32,000 bases of DNA from Candidatus Saccharimonadota bacterium (GTDB lineage Bacteria > Patescibacteriota > Gracilibacteria > UBA1369 > 2-02-FULL-48-14), in the NCBI GenBank assembly GCA_965230905.1, contig OZ246396.1:300001-332000 (forward strand). The letters run 5' to 3'. Positions 17,646 through 25,473 of this stretch are shown in pieces. Under the pieces are notes generated by a model. It did no database searches, was not told where the DNA came from, and saw only the letters and a program-made list of their open reading frames with translations. The position numbers and the translations under genes were made by a program. Position 1 is the first letter of the stretch. Every line of letters starts with the position of its first letter.

Positions 17646-17686
17646 GCCAGACCTAAGTCTGAGCCAATTAGGCTAATCCCGAGGGA

Positions 17687-20600
17687 TTAGTATTTAACCG
17701 TGTTGCTAGTCAAGGTTGTTGAGCTAACATTTCCAACCCATCGAACTGTAGCGTTGGTCTCGTACCACCAGAAATCTCCAGGGGTAACGGTACCAGAAGC
17801 TGAGGTTCCAAGGCCGATAGAGAACGTGAGAGGATCATCCACCCCAGCGTCTTCGTGGAGCAGGGCTCCAGAATCGAGAGTCAAGGTGTAGGTCTTTGAC
17901 GTTCCTTTCGCCACTTCGAGAGTGGTGTAAGTATCTGTAGTCCCTAGACCACCAGGCACCAAGAAGATGCTAGCGGTAGAGGTGGTCTTAAGACCAACTG
18001 CTCCTTGAGCAATAGTGTCTCCAGATTCCTTGAGGGAAACGGTCAGACCGCTACCAGCGGTAGCAAGAACGAAGTCGTCATCAGCAGTCAGGTCAACCAC
18101 AAGCATTTCGTTGTGGAAGGCAAGCGCGTCAACAAAGATTTCATCACTTGCATCAATTTCCGTTGATTCCGTAACAGCGAATCCGACTTGGTCGTCAGCT
18201 GCCACGATACCTGTAGTAGGTACGGTGAAGAGAACCCAAGTGTCATCAGTGAATTCATCTGCAGTAGCTACTGCAGTTCCGTTGGCAAGAACACCGGAGG
18301 CGTTCAAGGCAACAGCGGTTGCAGCATCTGGAGTAGTGTCGTCATCGAATACTACTGAGATATCAGCGTAGTCAACGTCACTATCATTGTCCACTTCGTC
18401 CACTTTCATCCAGAACGATACGTAGCTGAATGTATTAGGTAGAGTTGTAGCGTAGGTTTCATCCAAAAGGAAGACTCCATCAGAAGCCGTTCCTGTGGTT
18501 TCAACGATTGCAATCCCACCAGATCCGTCGATGTAATCACCGGCGGTTGTAGTGATAGTAGCTTCACCGTTAGCAATAGCTCCAGCTACGTCGTCCACGT
18601 CATTTTCGTCGTCTCCAGCGAGACCTGTACGAATTTGGATCTTCTCTTGAGCGTTAGCCGATACCGTGAAGACAAAGGCGTCGTCAGTAGAAGAAACAGA
18701 ACGAGATCCAGAAGGTGAGGTAGAAGCGAGAGCCAAAGTAGGCTTGCTTTCGTACACTACCATTTGGTTGGTTCCAGTGAAGTAACCAATTCCAGGCAGA
18801 GAGTAGAAAAGAGCCAAGTTATCTGCCAAGACAGCATCATCATCATCCAAGGTAGTCATTGTCATTGCTGTGGCTGTACTGACAGCGGTGAGAACGAAAA
18901 TTGAATCGCTACCATCTGTCCAAGTCGTATCAGCACCACCCATGATCAATGTTCCAACAGGGAAAAGGTTTGTACCACAAGTATCTACAACAAGCGTATT
19001 GCTTGATCCAACGGCCGCAGTCGTATGATTGGAGGCATTGTTGACCAAACAGTCAGCTGCAATCCATGTAGGTGTACCGAAATCAAGGTCAGAAGCAGCG
19101 GCTACAGCTGAATCGATCTTATCAGCCTTGTAGGTTTCTCCGCTTGAGTCTGCAATTGCTTCAAAGTTATTGAAGGCAACAGCCAGGTCAACGAAGGTCG
19201 CTGCATCCGCACCACTAGAAATGGTGTTGAGGTCTGCGTACACAGTCATAGTAGCGCTATCATCTGCAGGTACGTAGAACGTAAGTCCTGAGAATTGAGC
19301 TGTACCATTTGAAAGGGTTCCGCTTCCTGTTTTAGTAGTTCCGTCTACATCTTCGTACTCAATAGTGAGATCTACTACGTTGTCGTCGTAATCTCCCAAA
19401 GCAGCTGTAATAGCGCTTCGTCGGTTATTGAGAGAAAGGTTTTCAACAGTGAATGCCTCCAAAGTGGAAGTGAATTCAAATGAAGCAATTTCTACATCCG
19501 TAGCTCCGGCAACAACAATGTTTTCACGTGCTGTGCTAGAAGAAACGGCAACGGTCAATGAACCTCCAGAAGAGGCTATAGCATAGGCCGTTGGTGTAGT
19601 GGCGTTAACTGTACCGGTTGTGCTTCCTCCTGCCGTAGCAGAGAAGCTGTTTCCATCTTCATCTTCAACTGTCACATTGGCAGCAGAAGAGATACCGAAG
19701 GCAACTTGTTGTGTAGTAGCATTGTTAGAGATGTCTCCGTATACATAAGCAACGGCAGTTTCTCCAGCCTCAATCTCCCAGTCTACACTGTCGAAGACAG
19801 CGAGGAAGGTAGAAGAGTTGATGGACTTAGCCGCAGCAATTATGTTTCCGTCGCTGTCTTCTAACCAAACACTTCCTACTACAGCCGTAAGACCTACTGC
19901 GTGGTCAGCTGAGTCAGAAGCAGTGTCCCAGTCGGCATTAGCGTCATCGTCGTAGTAAGCCTGAACAGTCAGGTCTGTAACACGACAAGAGTTGGAGTCT
20001 CCACAAGCGAAGGTTAGTCCAGTGAAAGGAACGTCTTCAGAACCCTTTACCCAAGTCTTGATTCCAGGTGTGGAGGCAAGAGAGAGTGCGAGAGAAGGTG
20101 TCTTAACCGTCATCGTCTTAGACGTGATGGCTGATGAAGGCACAAGTACTGAAGAGTTAGTGAGAGTCTTGTTGTTAGAATCCTTCAATTGAGGATAGGT
20201 AGCTCCAAGATCAAGACCAGCTGTGAAAGTCATAGCATTCAACGTAGAAACGTTAGCGATGTCCATGGTCAAAGCAAGGTTGAGCTCTTCACCAGCCTCC
20301 ATTTCGAAGTCATCAGTGAAAAGATGGTAAGCCGCAGCGTCATCAGTTCCAGTTCCAATTGCAGTCGAACCACCTTGAGCGGTAACGAAAGAAGAGGAAT
20401 CCACTCCAGCATAGAGGGCAGAATCAGTGTCTGTGTTTACAATCTTCACATCAGTGAAGTTTGCAACTCCAGCGGCACTGATAAGACCTTCAGAATCATC
20501 GTCAGTATCAGCGGACGTATCCATAGTGATAGGGAAGCTATCAAAGGTTACGTCAGTTACTGAAACGATGCTGAAATCGAGGACTGATACGTCACGAGCG

Positions 20601-22390
20601 TTGGTTGCAACGTCCGAAGCGGAAGGTCCGTCAGAAGAGATAGTAATATCTCCTCCTTCGAGCAGAGAGTAAGAACAGTCTGCGTCGGTAGTGGAGTCAC
20701 AAACTACGCTTCCAGTGTCTGCGCTATCTGTGTCTCCGTTGTAAGCCGTACGAGTTACTGCCATACCAGATCCGTAGAGAGCTCCACGTGAAAACACGTC
20801 GGTGCTTTGATCAATATACACCTTAACGGTGTCATCGGTACGACCTGTATTGAAGTCAGCAGTTACATAGAAGCTCTTAGAAGCTCCTTTAGCGATACAG
20901 TAACCATCAGAGTTTTCACACTCGTCAGAGTCAGCATCGAAATCACCAGAGATGTCGAAGCGGATAACGTCGAGATCATCTACCATAGCTACGGTAGCGA
21001 TTGCTTCAGCGTCGTCACCAGATACGTAGAGGTTGAAGTTTTCAACATCAGCTGTGTTGATACTTCCAGCAAGGTAAAGGCCAAGTTCCTCAACTCCAGC
21101 TGCTTCAGTAGCAGAAGAGAGTTTGAACTTAGCCACGGTTGCACTGTCTTCTCCTACTTGAGGATTGTCCGTGTTACCATTCTTTTCAATAGTAACCGTT
21201 CCTGCATCCGTAGTAGAGATGGTGTGCTTATCAGCTTGAGCAGGGAAGTCCCCGTCAACAGTAGCACCAGCAGCATCTACCTTAGCAGCGCTTGCGATTT
21301 CAAGACCAATTTCACCGGTAGTAGTGTAGTCACCCATGTCCATACGAACAGAGATGGTTCGGGTTTCCCCAGAATCAACGTCAATGTTGTAGGTGAAGGT
21401 AGCTTCGTTGTCTGTAGAACTAATAGTAGTTCCAGCGGTCAAACGATTGCTTCCTTCGTAGAGGTACACTTGGTGAGTAGAAGCCAATGAAGTGATTCCG
21501 TAGTGGTGAACACTGAGAGAATCGACAGTAACGTCTCCACCGTTAGCAGTGAAATCCCAAGCAGCCAACTCTACAGAAGTAGCGTTAGAAGGGATGGTCA
21601 TAGCATCAGGAGATTCGTCGCTAACTTCAACGGTAAGATCACCATCGCTGGTAGGATCTTCTTCCTCTTCATCGTCAGCACGATACTCAGGTTCCTGAGC
21701 TCGGTTAACCATAAGGGCTGCTTGACCACGAGTTACGTTGTAAGCAGGGTAGAAGTTACCATTGTCGTAACCGTTGATTACGCTCCAAGCCCACGCAGTA
21801 CTTACGTACCAAGTAGCGCTTTCTTCGTACCAAGCTCCCTCGTCCACATCAGGGAATTCGTCGAGAGAAGCATCAACGTTAGCGAGACCGAAAGCTTCCA
21901 CAGCAACCTTCGCAAATTCTGCGCGGTTCATGTAAGCATTTGGGTCGTATTCACCTGTAAGGTCTCCGTCAGCATCAGTGCGTCCGCTTACGAATCCGTA
22001 AAGCTCAGCAGTGTTAACGTAGTTTTCAAGTGAGTAGCTAGAGCTTACGTCAGTAAACCCAGCATCGTAATCTTCGTCTACAGCGTCCTCACCGAGGGCA
22101 CCAAGTACGAGGATTTTCGCAGCTTGACCACGTGTAAGGTAGTCATCTACTCCGAAGTCACCATTGTCATAACCGGTCATCCAGCCTTCGTCTGAAGCTG
22201 CGTCAACTGCATCAGCCGCGTAGTGCGAGCTTGATACGTCGTCGAAACTTTCAGCAGAAGCAATTGATGTGAAGCTTACAAGAGAAGCCAACACAGCAAG
22301 AATGCTGAATCCAGCTATGGATTTTTGGATCTTTCGAAAAGCGAAAGAGATATCCATATATATAGGATTAAAATAAAGAGATAAAAACAT
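17687..22390 (-). CDS. Giant secreted cell-surface protein (1567 aa) with three N-terminal SLH domains
   Basis: Signal peptide (FSILAVLASLVSFTSIASA/ES). SLH repeats (FDDVSSSHYAADAVD..., FTDVSSSYSLENYVN..., FPDVDEGAWYEES...). Acidic hinge RADDEEEEDPTSDGD. More than 1300 aa of Thr/Ser/Asp/Ala-rich repeated beta-type modules. An alternative start ATG at 22357 (MDISFAFRK...) is equally possible. Confidence 0.85.
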   Translation of the reverse strand: MFLSLYFNPIYMDISFAFRKIQKSIAGFSILAVLASLVSFTSIASAESFDDVSSSHYAADAVDAASDEGWMTGYDNGDFGVDDYLTRGQAAKILVLGALGEDAVDEDYDAGFTDVSSSYSLENYVNTAELYGFVSGRTDADGDLTGEYDPNAYMNRAEFAKVAVEAFGLANVDASLDEFPDVDEGAWYEESATWYVSTAWAWSVINGYDNGNFYPAYNVTRGQAALMVNRAQEPEYRADDEEEEDPTSDGDLTVEVSDESPDAMTIPSNATSVELAAWDFTANGGDVTVDSLSVHHYGITSLASTHQVYLYEGSNRLTAGTTISSTDNEATFTYNIDVDSGETRTISVRMDMGDYTTTGEIGLEIASAAKVDAAGATVDGDFPAQADKHTISTTDAGTVTIEKNGNTDNPQVGEDSATVAKFKLSSATEAAGVEELGLYLAGSINTADVENFNLYVSGDDAEAIATVAMVDDLDVIRFDISGDFDADSDECENSDGYCIAKGASKSFYVTADFNTGRTDDTVKVYIDQSTDVFSRGALYGSGMAVTRTAYNGDTDSADTGSVVCDSTTDADCSYSLLEGGDITISSDGPSASDVATNARDVSVLDFSIVSVTDVTFDSFPITMDTSADTDDDSEGLISAAGVANFTDVKIVNTDTDSALYAGVDSSSFVTAQGGSTAIGTGTDDAAAYHLFTDDFEMEAGEELNLALTMDIANVSTLNAMTFTAGLDLGATYPQLKDSNNKTLTNSSVLVPSSAITSKTMTVKTPSLALSLASTPGIKTWVKGSEDVPFTGLTFACGDSNSCRVTDLTVQAYYDDDANADWDTASDSADHAVGLTAVVGSVWLEDSDGNIIAAAKSINSSTFLAVFDSVDWEIEAGETAVAYVYGDISNNATTQQVAFGISSAANVTVEDEDGNSFSATAGGSTTGTVNATTPTAYAIASSGGSLTVAVSSSTARENIVVAGATDVEIASFEFTSTLEAFTVENLSLNNRRSAITAALGDYDDNVVDLTIEYEDVDGTTKTGSGTLSNGTAQFSGLTFYVPADDSATMTVYADLNTISSGADAATFVDLAVAFNNFEAIADSSGETYKADKIDSAVAAASDLDFGTPTWIAADCLVNNASNHTTAAVGSSNTLVVDTCGTNLFPVGTLIMGGADTTWTDGSDSIFVLTAVSTATAMTMTTLDDDDAVLADNLALFYSLPGIGYFTGTNQMVVYESKPTLALASTSPSGSRSVSSTDDAFVFTVSANAQEKIQIRTGLAGDDENDVDDVAGAIANGEATITTTAGDYIDGSGGIAIVETTGTASDGVFLLDETYATTLPNTFSYVSFWMKVDEVDNDSDVDYADISVVFDDDTTPDAATAVALNASGVLANGTAVATADEFTDDTWVLFTVPTTGIVAADDQVGFAVTESTEIDASDEIFVDALAFHNEMLVVDLTADDDFVLATAGSGLTVSLKESGDTIAQGAVGLKTTSTASIFLVPGGLGTTDTYTTLEVAKGTSKTYTLTLDSGALLHEDAGVDDPLTFSIGLGTSASGTVTPGDFWWYETNATVRWVGNVSSTTLTSNTVKY
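21698..22246 (-). other. SLH-domain triplet (N-terminal wall anchor) of the 1567-aa protein
   Basis: Residues ~49-231. Each repeat ends in a TRGQAA or NRAEFA helix. Confidence 0.8.
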
Positions 22391-22707
22391 CTGGGTCGTT
22401 CAGTACCCAGAAAACAGAATAAGCAACAATAAAAAGGCCAGAATAAGCTAAAAAAAGTTTATCCACCCCTTCGACCTAAAAAGGTAGTAGATCCATAAGT
22501 AACAGGATGTTTTTATTTTTCGCAGACCCTGAGGGGTCCGCGTGCCGTGATTTCAAGGAGCAAAGACTATAAGGATCGTAAGTAACGTAAGGGGCTCGTA
22601 ATTGTCTTTTGTCTAGCAGACACTTTGTGTCCGCCTTGTGTCTACTTAAACGCGAGGAGTAGACATGTCGTTTCAGCTTCTTTGTTGACAGGACAGTTCA
22701 TGTAGTG

Positions 22708-22782
22708 TGGTAGTCCCAAGGGGAATCGAACCCCTATTTCAGGAATGAGAATCCGGTGTCCTAACCGTTAGACGATGGGACC
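22708..22782 (-). tRNA. tRNA-Glu (anticodon CUC), CCA encoded
   Basis: Manual cloverleaf: GGTCCCA TC GTCT AACGGTT AGGAC A CCGGA TTCTCAT TCCTG AAAT AGGGG TTCGATT CCCCT TGGGACT A CCA. The acceptor stem has 7 bp including one G-U. There is one C-U mismatch in the anticodon stem. The D arm is Glu-type. Confidence 0.85.
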
Positions 22783-22814
22783 ACAAGGGGGCGCTGATTT
22801 AAGGAACTTCGGAC

Positions 22815-22843
22815 AGTTTATTCACTCTTGTCTAATCTTTCAA
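22815..22843 (-). promoter_or_regulatory. Candidate tRNA-Glu promoter (TTGAAA - 17 nt - TAAACT)
   Basis: Reverse strand reads atcTTGAAAgattagacaagagtgaaTAAACTgtcc. The -10 ends 32 nt before the mature 5-prime end. The architecture matches the tRNA-Lys promoter. Confidence 0.4.
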
Positions 22844-23110
22844 GATTTTAGTAGACAAAGTAGACGAGTACTTGACAAGTCGATGGCGACTATACACTAC
22901 GACTCTGATAGGTGACCAGTAAAAATGTTGACTAATCAACATGCTATTCTCCTTTATTTCAAGGCATTTTTAGCACTATTCCCAAACAGATGTTTTATGA
23001 TTTAACTTCGATTAACAAAATAATCTCCAATTTGTAAATAATCTTAGCCATCGGGTTTGTATAGGCGAAATCTGTCCACTCTAACAGGTTGGAAAGACTA
23101 CTTCACAACC

Positions 23111-23170
23111 ATTCCGCCTATACACGCAAATTCCGCCTATACACGCACTTTCATTCCGACTAATCAAAAC
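23111..23170 (+). repeat. Tandem ATTCCGCCTATACACGCA x2 followed by ATTCCGACTAATCA
   Basis: Exact 18-mers at 23111-23128 and 23130-23147 (19-bp period). A related half-palindrome lies at 23153-23166. The inverted copy ATTTCGCCTATACA lies at 23058-23071. Confidence 0.85.
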
Positions 23171-23296
23171 CTTCTTTTAGCTTCAAACAAGCCATTATTA
23201 TGGCCTTTTGCAGGAGTTAATCATTGAACTTGCTTTTTTACATAATTGTTTTATTTTATATATTGCTTTAAGTTGAATTTCCAATAAAGTGTTCGT

Positions 23297-24397
23297 ATGA
23301 ATGACTTTTACTCCGTACTCGGGCTTGAAAAAAACGCCACAGAAGTCGATATAAAGAAGGCGTATCGAAAAAAGGCTCAGCAGTACCACCCAGATAAAAA
23401 CCCCGGCGATAAGGCCGCTGAGGCGAATTTTAAGGAGGTGCAGCAGGCGTACGACGTGCTTGGAGATTCTGGCAAGCGTTCTCAGTATGATCAGTATGGA
23501 AGTGCGGGGCCCGGCCAAGGATTCCCGGGTGGAGCGGGTGGTTTCGACCCGAATCAATTTGGCGGCTTTGCGGATATTTTTGAGAGCTTCTTTGGTCAGG
23601 GATTTGGCGGGCGCAGCGGCGGCGGACGAAAAGCGGGGCCTACGCGCGGCAAGGATATTGAAACGGACCTAACGGTGAAGTTTGAGGAAGCAGTTTTTGG
23701 AACCACCAAGCATTTGGAGATCACCAAGCCTGAGGTCTGCGACCATTGCAACGGGAAAGGAAATGAGCCGGGTACGACAATCAAGACATGTGCAGGGTGC
23801 CATGGACAGGGGCAGGTACGCAGCACTCGCCAGACTATTTTGGGCGCAATCAGCAGTGTACATTTGTGTCCACAGTGTCAAGGACGTGGCGAGGTTCCAG
23901 ATCAAATGTGCACAAAATGCAATGGACAGACGCGTATTCGCAAAAGTGTGGAGGTGGACGTGAACATTCCCAAAGGCATTGAAGATGGCACGACCATTCG
24001 CTTAAAAGGAAAGGGGTCGGCGGGTGGGCTGGGCGGCGAGTACGGAGACCTGTTCCTGCATATTACGGTTGCGCCTCACCCAAAGTTTTCACGGGAGGGA
24101 AAGACCATTTACTCTGCAGAAACGATTCCCCTGGTGCAGGCCGTGTTGGGCGCCACGATTAAGGTGGATACCATTCATGGGAAGGAGCAGCTTAAGGTTC
24201 CGGCTGGGACTCAGGATGGAACGGTGCTCACTATTAAAGGAAAGGGCTCACCGTCTTTGAAGTCCGAGGCGCTGGGAGACCATAAGCTTACACTGCACCT
24301 GAAGGTGCCGGAGAAGTTGACGAAGAAGGAGAAGGAACTCTATGAACAGCTGGCTGAGGGCGCGGGCGTGGAGGTGAATAAAGGGACTTGGTTTTAA
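23297..24397 (+). CDS. dnaJ: Molecular chaperone DnaJ (type I Hsp40)
   Basis: J domain with HPDKN, a Gly/Phe-rich region, four CxxCxG zinc-finger repeats (CDHCNGKG, CAGCHGQG, CPQCQGRG, CTKCNGQT) and a C-terminal substrate-binding domain. Confidence 0.95.
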   Translation: MNDFYSVLGLEKNATEVDIKKAYRKKAQQYHPDKNPGDKAAEANFKEVQQAYDVLGDSGKRSQYDQYGSAGPGQGFPGGAGGFDPNQFGGFADIFESFFGQGFGGRSGGGRKAGPTRGKDIETDLTVKFEEAVFGTTKHLEITKPEVCDHCNGKGNEPGTTIKTCAGCHGQGQVRSTRQTILGAISSVHLCPQCQGRGEVPDQMCTKCNGQTRIRKSVEVDVNIPKGIEDGTTIRLKGKGSAGGLGGEYGDLFLHITVAPHPKFSREGKTIYSAETIPLVQAVLGATIKVDTIHGKEQLKVPAGTQDGTVLTIKGKGSPSLKSEALGDHKLTLHLKVPEKLTKKEKELYEQLAEGAGVEVNKGTWF

Positions 24398-24478
24398 GAG
24401 TTATCCACAAGCGCTTTGTCGAAGATTGTGCAAAAGTTTTTGCGTGCGGTGGCGGCCATTTTAACCTGGAGAGTGGTC

Positions 24479-24505
24479 AAAAAAGCCTGTCGCTGAGGAC
24501 AGGTC
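24479..24505 (-). terminator. Candidate terminator downstream of tRNA-Lys
   Basis: Reverse strand reads CCUGUC-CUCAGC-GACAGG followed by CUUUUUUG, about 25 nt after the tRNA 3-prime end. Confidence 0.5.
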
Positions 24506-24527
24506 TGAATCGTCTACTTTTGTGTAA

Positions 24528-24603
24528 TGGTGGGTCAGCCGGGAATTGAACCCGGGACCATTAGCTTAAAAGGCTATTGCTCTACCAACTGAGCTACTGA
24601 CCC
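24528..24603 (-). tRNA. tRNA-Lys (anticodon UUU), CCA encoded
   Basis: Manual cloverleaf: GGGTCAG TA GCTC AGTTGGT AGAGC A ATAGC CTTTTAA GCTAA TGGTC CCGGG TTCAATT CCCGG CTGACCC A CCA. The acceptor, D and T stems are perfect. Confidence 0.9.
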
Positions 24604-24633
24604 ACGCAGTGGGCAAGTAGTACCCACGCGGGT

Positions 24634-24662
24634 ATTTTATGGATCTAACCTGCAGGATGCAA
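24634..24662 (-). promoter_or_regulatory. Candidate tRNA-Lys promoter (TTGCAT - 17 nt - TAAAAT)
   Basis: Reverse strand reads agcTTGCATcctgcaggttagatccaTAAAATacccgcg. The -10 ends 30 nt before the mature tRNA 5-prime end. Confidence 0.45.
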
Positions 24663-24666
24663 GCTA

Positions 24667-25215
24667 TTATTCGTTGCGCTGGAAAAGACTGACTACCACG
24701 ATGGCCAGAACAGGTAGAGCGAACCAGATATTGTAGTTGTCGACGATGGTTTGGATGAACTGAGACTCCTGATAGAGATTGCTTTCGAAGCCGGCACGGA
24801 TGCTGCCGGTAACGAAGGAACCGCCCGTGAGGTAAACCAAGATGGTGCTGACCATGAGACCGGCGTTGAGGAACCCGAAGCTCAGGTTACCGAGAATACG
24901 GGTCACCACGGATTGCTCTGGAGGCATATCCACTAAAAAGCCGCCCTTGATGGCGAGGATGACTATGGTGAGCACGAAGATGAAGATTTTTATGAGCACC
25001 AAGGCCTGATCACCCATTTCGCCCTGAAGCGTGGGCGCGGCCGGGAGGAGATAGGTTTGGAGCAGGTTACCAATACCGTCGGCCGTGAGGATGGCCATGT
25101 AGGTGGAAATGATCACCTTGAGAGTCTGGTTCCTTCCTATAATAAAGCTGTACGCGATAACGATCCCGAAGAAAACGAGAATGAATAGGTCCCAAGAAAG
25201 TCGAATGTTATCCAC
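24667..25215 (-). CDS. Integral membrane protein, possibly CvpA-like
   Basis: 182 aa, GTG start, 4-5 hydrophobic helices. The N-terminal SWDLFILVFFGIVIAYSFIIGRNQ...AILTADGIGNLL resembles the CvpA family layout. The family call is weak. Confidence 0.6.
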   Translation of the reverse strand: MDNIRLSWDLFILVFFGIVIAYSFIIGRNQTLKVIISTYMAILTADGIGNLLQTYLLPAAPTLQGEMGDQALVLIKIFIFVLTIVILAIKGGFLVDMPPEQSVVTRILGNLSFGFLNAGLMVSTILVYLTGGSFVTGSIRAGFESNLYQESQFIQTIVDNYNIWFALPVLAIVVVSLFQRNE

Positions 25216-25300
25216 GGCGTGGGTGAATGAAGGCGAAGTTATTTTAACAAAAAGCGGCTGGATAACAAAGTTAATCTTATTACAGAGTGGTTCGCCTGGG

Positions 25301-25473
25301 TGACTAGTCGGAATTTTTGGATGTGCGTGTCAACTAGTCAGATTTTTGGTTTTGACTAGTCGGAATTATGCACAATTGAACCTGTGAAGATTTTTTTGAC
25401 TAGTCAGAATGTGCATTTTGACTAGTCGGAATTCCGCCTATACAATGTTGTCTAGTTTTTGACTAGTCGGATC
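25301..25473 (+). repeat. Array of six same-orientation TGACTAGTC(G/A)GAAT repeats (iteron/operator-like)
   Basis: Copies start at 25301, 25331 (degenerate), 25353, 25397, 25419 and 25460. Spacings are 30/22/44/22/41 bp. Related ATTCCGCCTATACA half-sites lie at 25431-25444 and 25499-25512. Confidence 0.85.

Noticed and set aside
22970-22977. TTAGCACT upstream of dnaJ, which resembles the left half of the CIRCE heat-shock operator (TTAGCACTC-N9-GAGTGCTAA).
   Set aside because: No GAGTGCTAA partner follows after 9 nt; the sequence continues ATTCCCAAACAGATG. It is a half-site only and most likely chance.
25301-25473. Whether the repeat array is a CRISPR array.
   Set aside because: The repeats are only about 14 bp, spacers are 8-30 bp and irregular, the copies are degenerate, and there are no cas genes. 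The array looks like protein-binding iterons or operators, not CRISPR.
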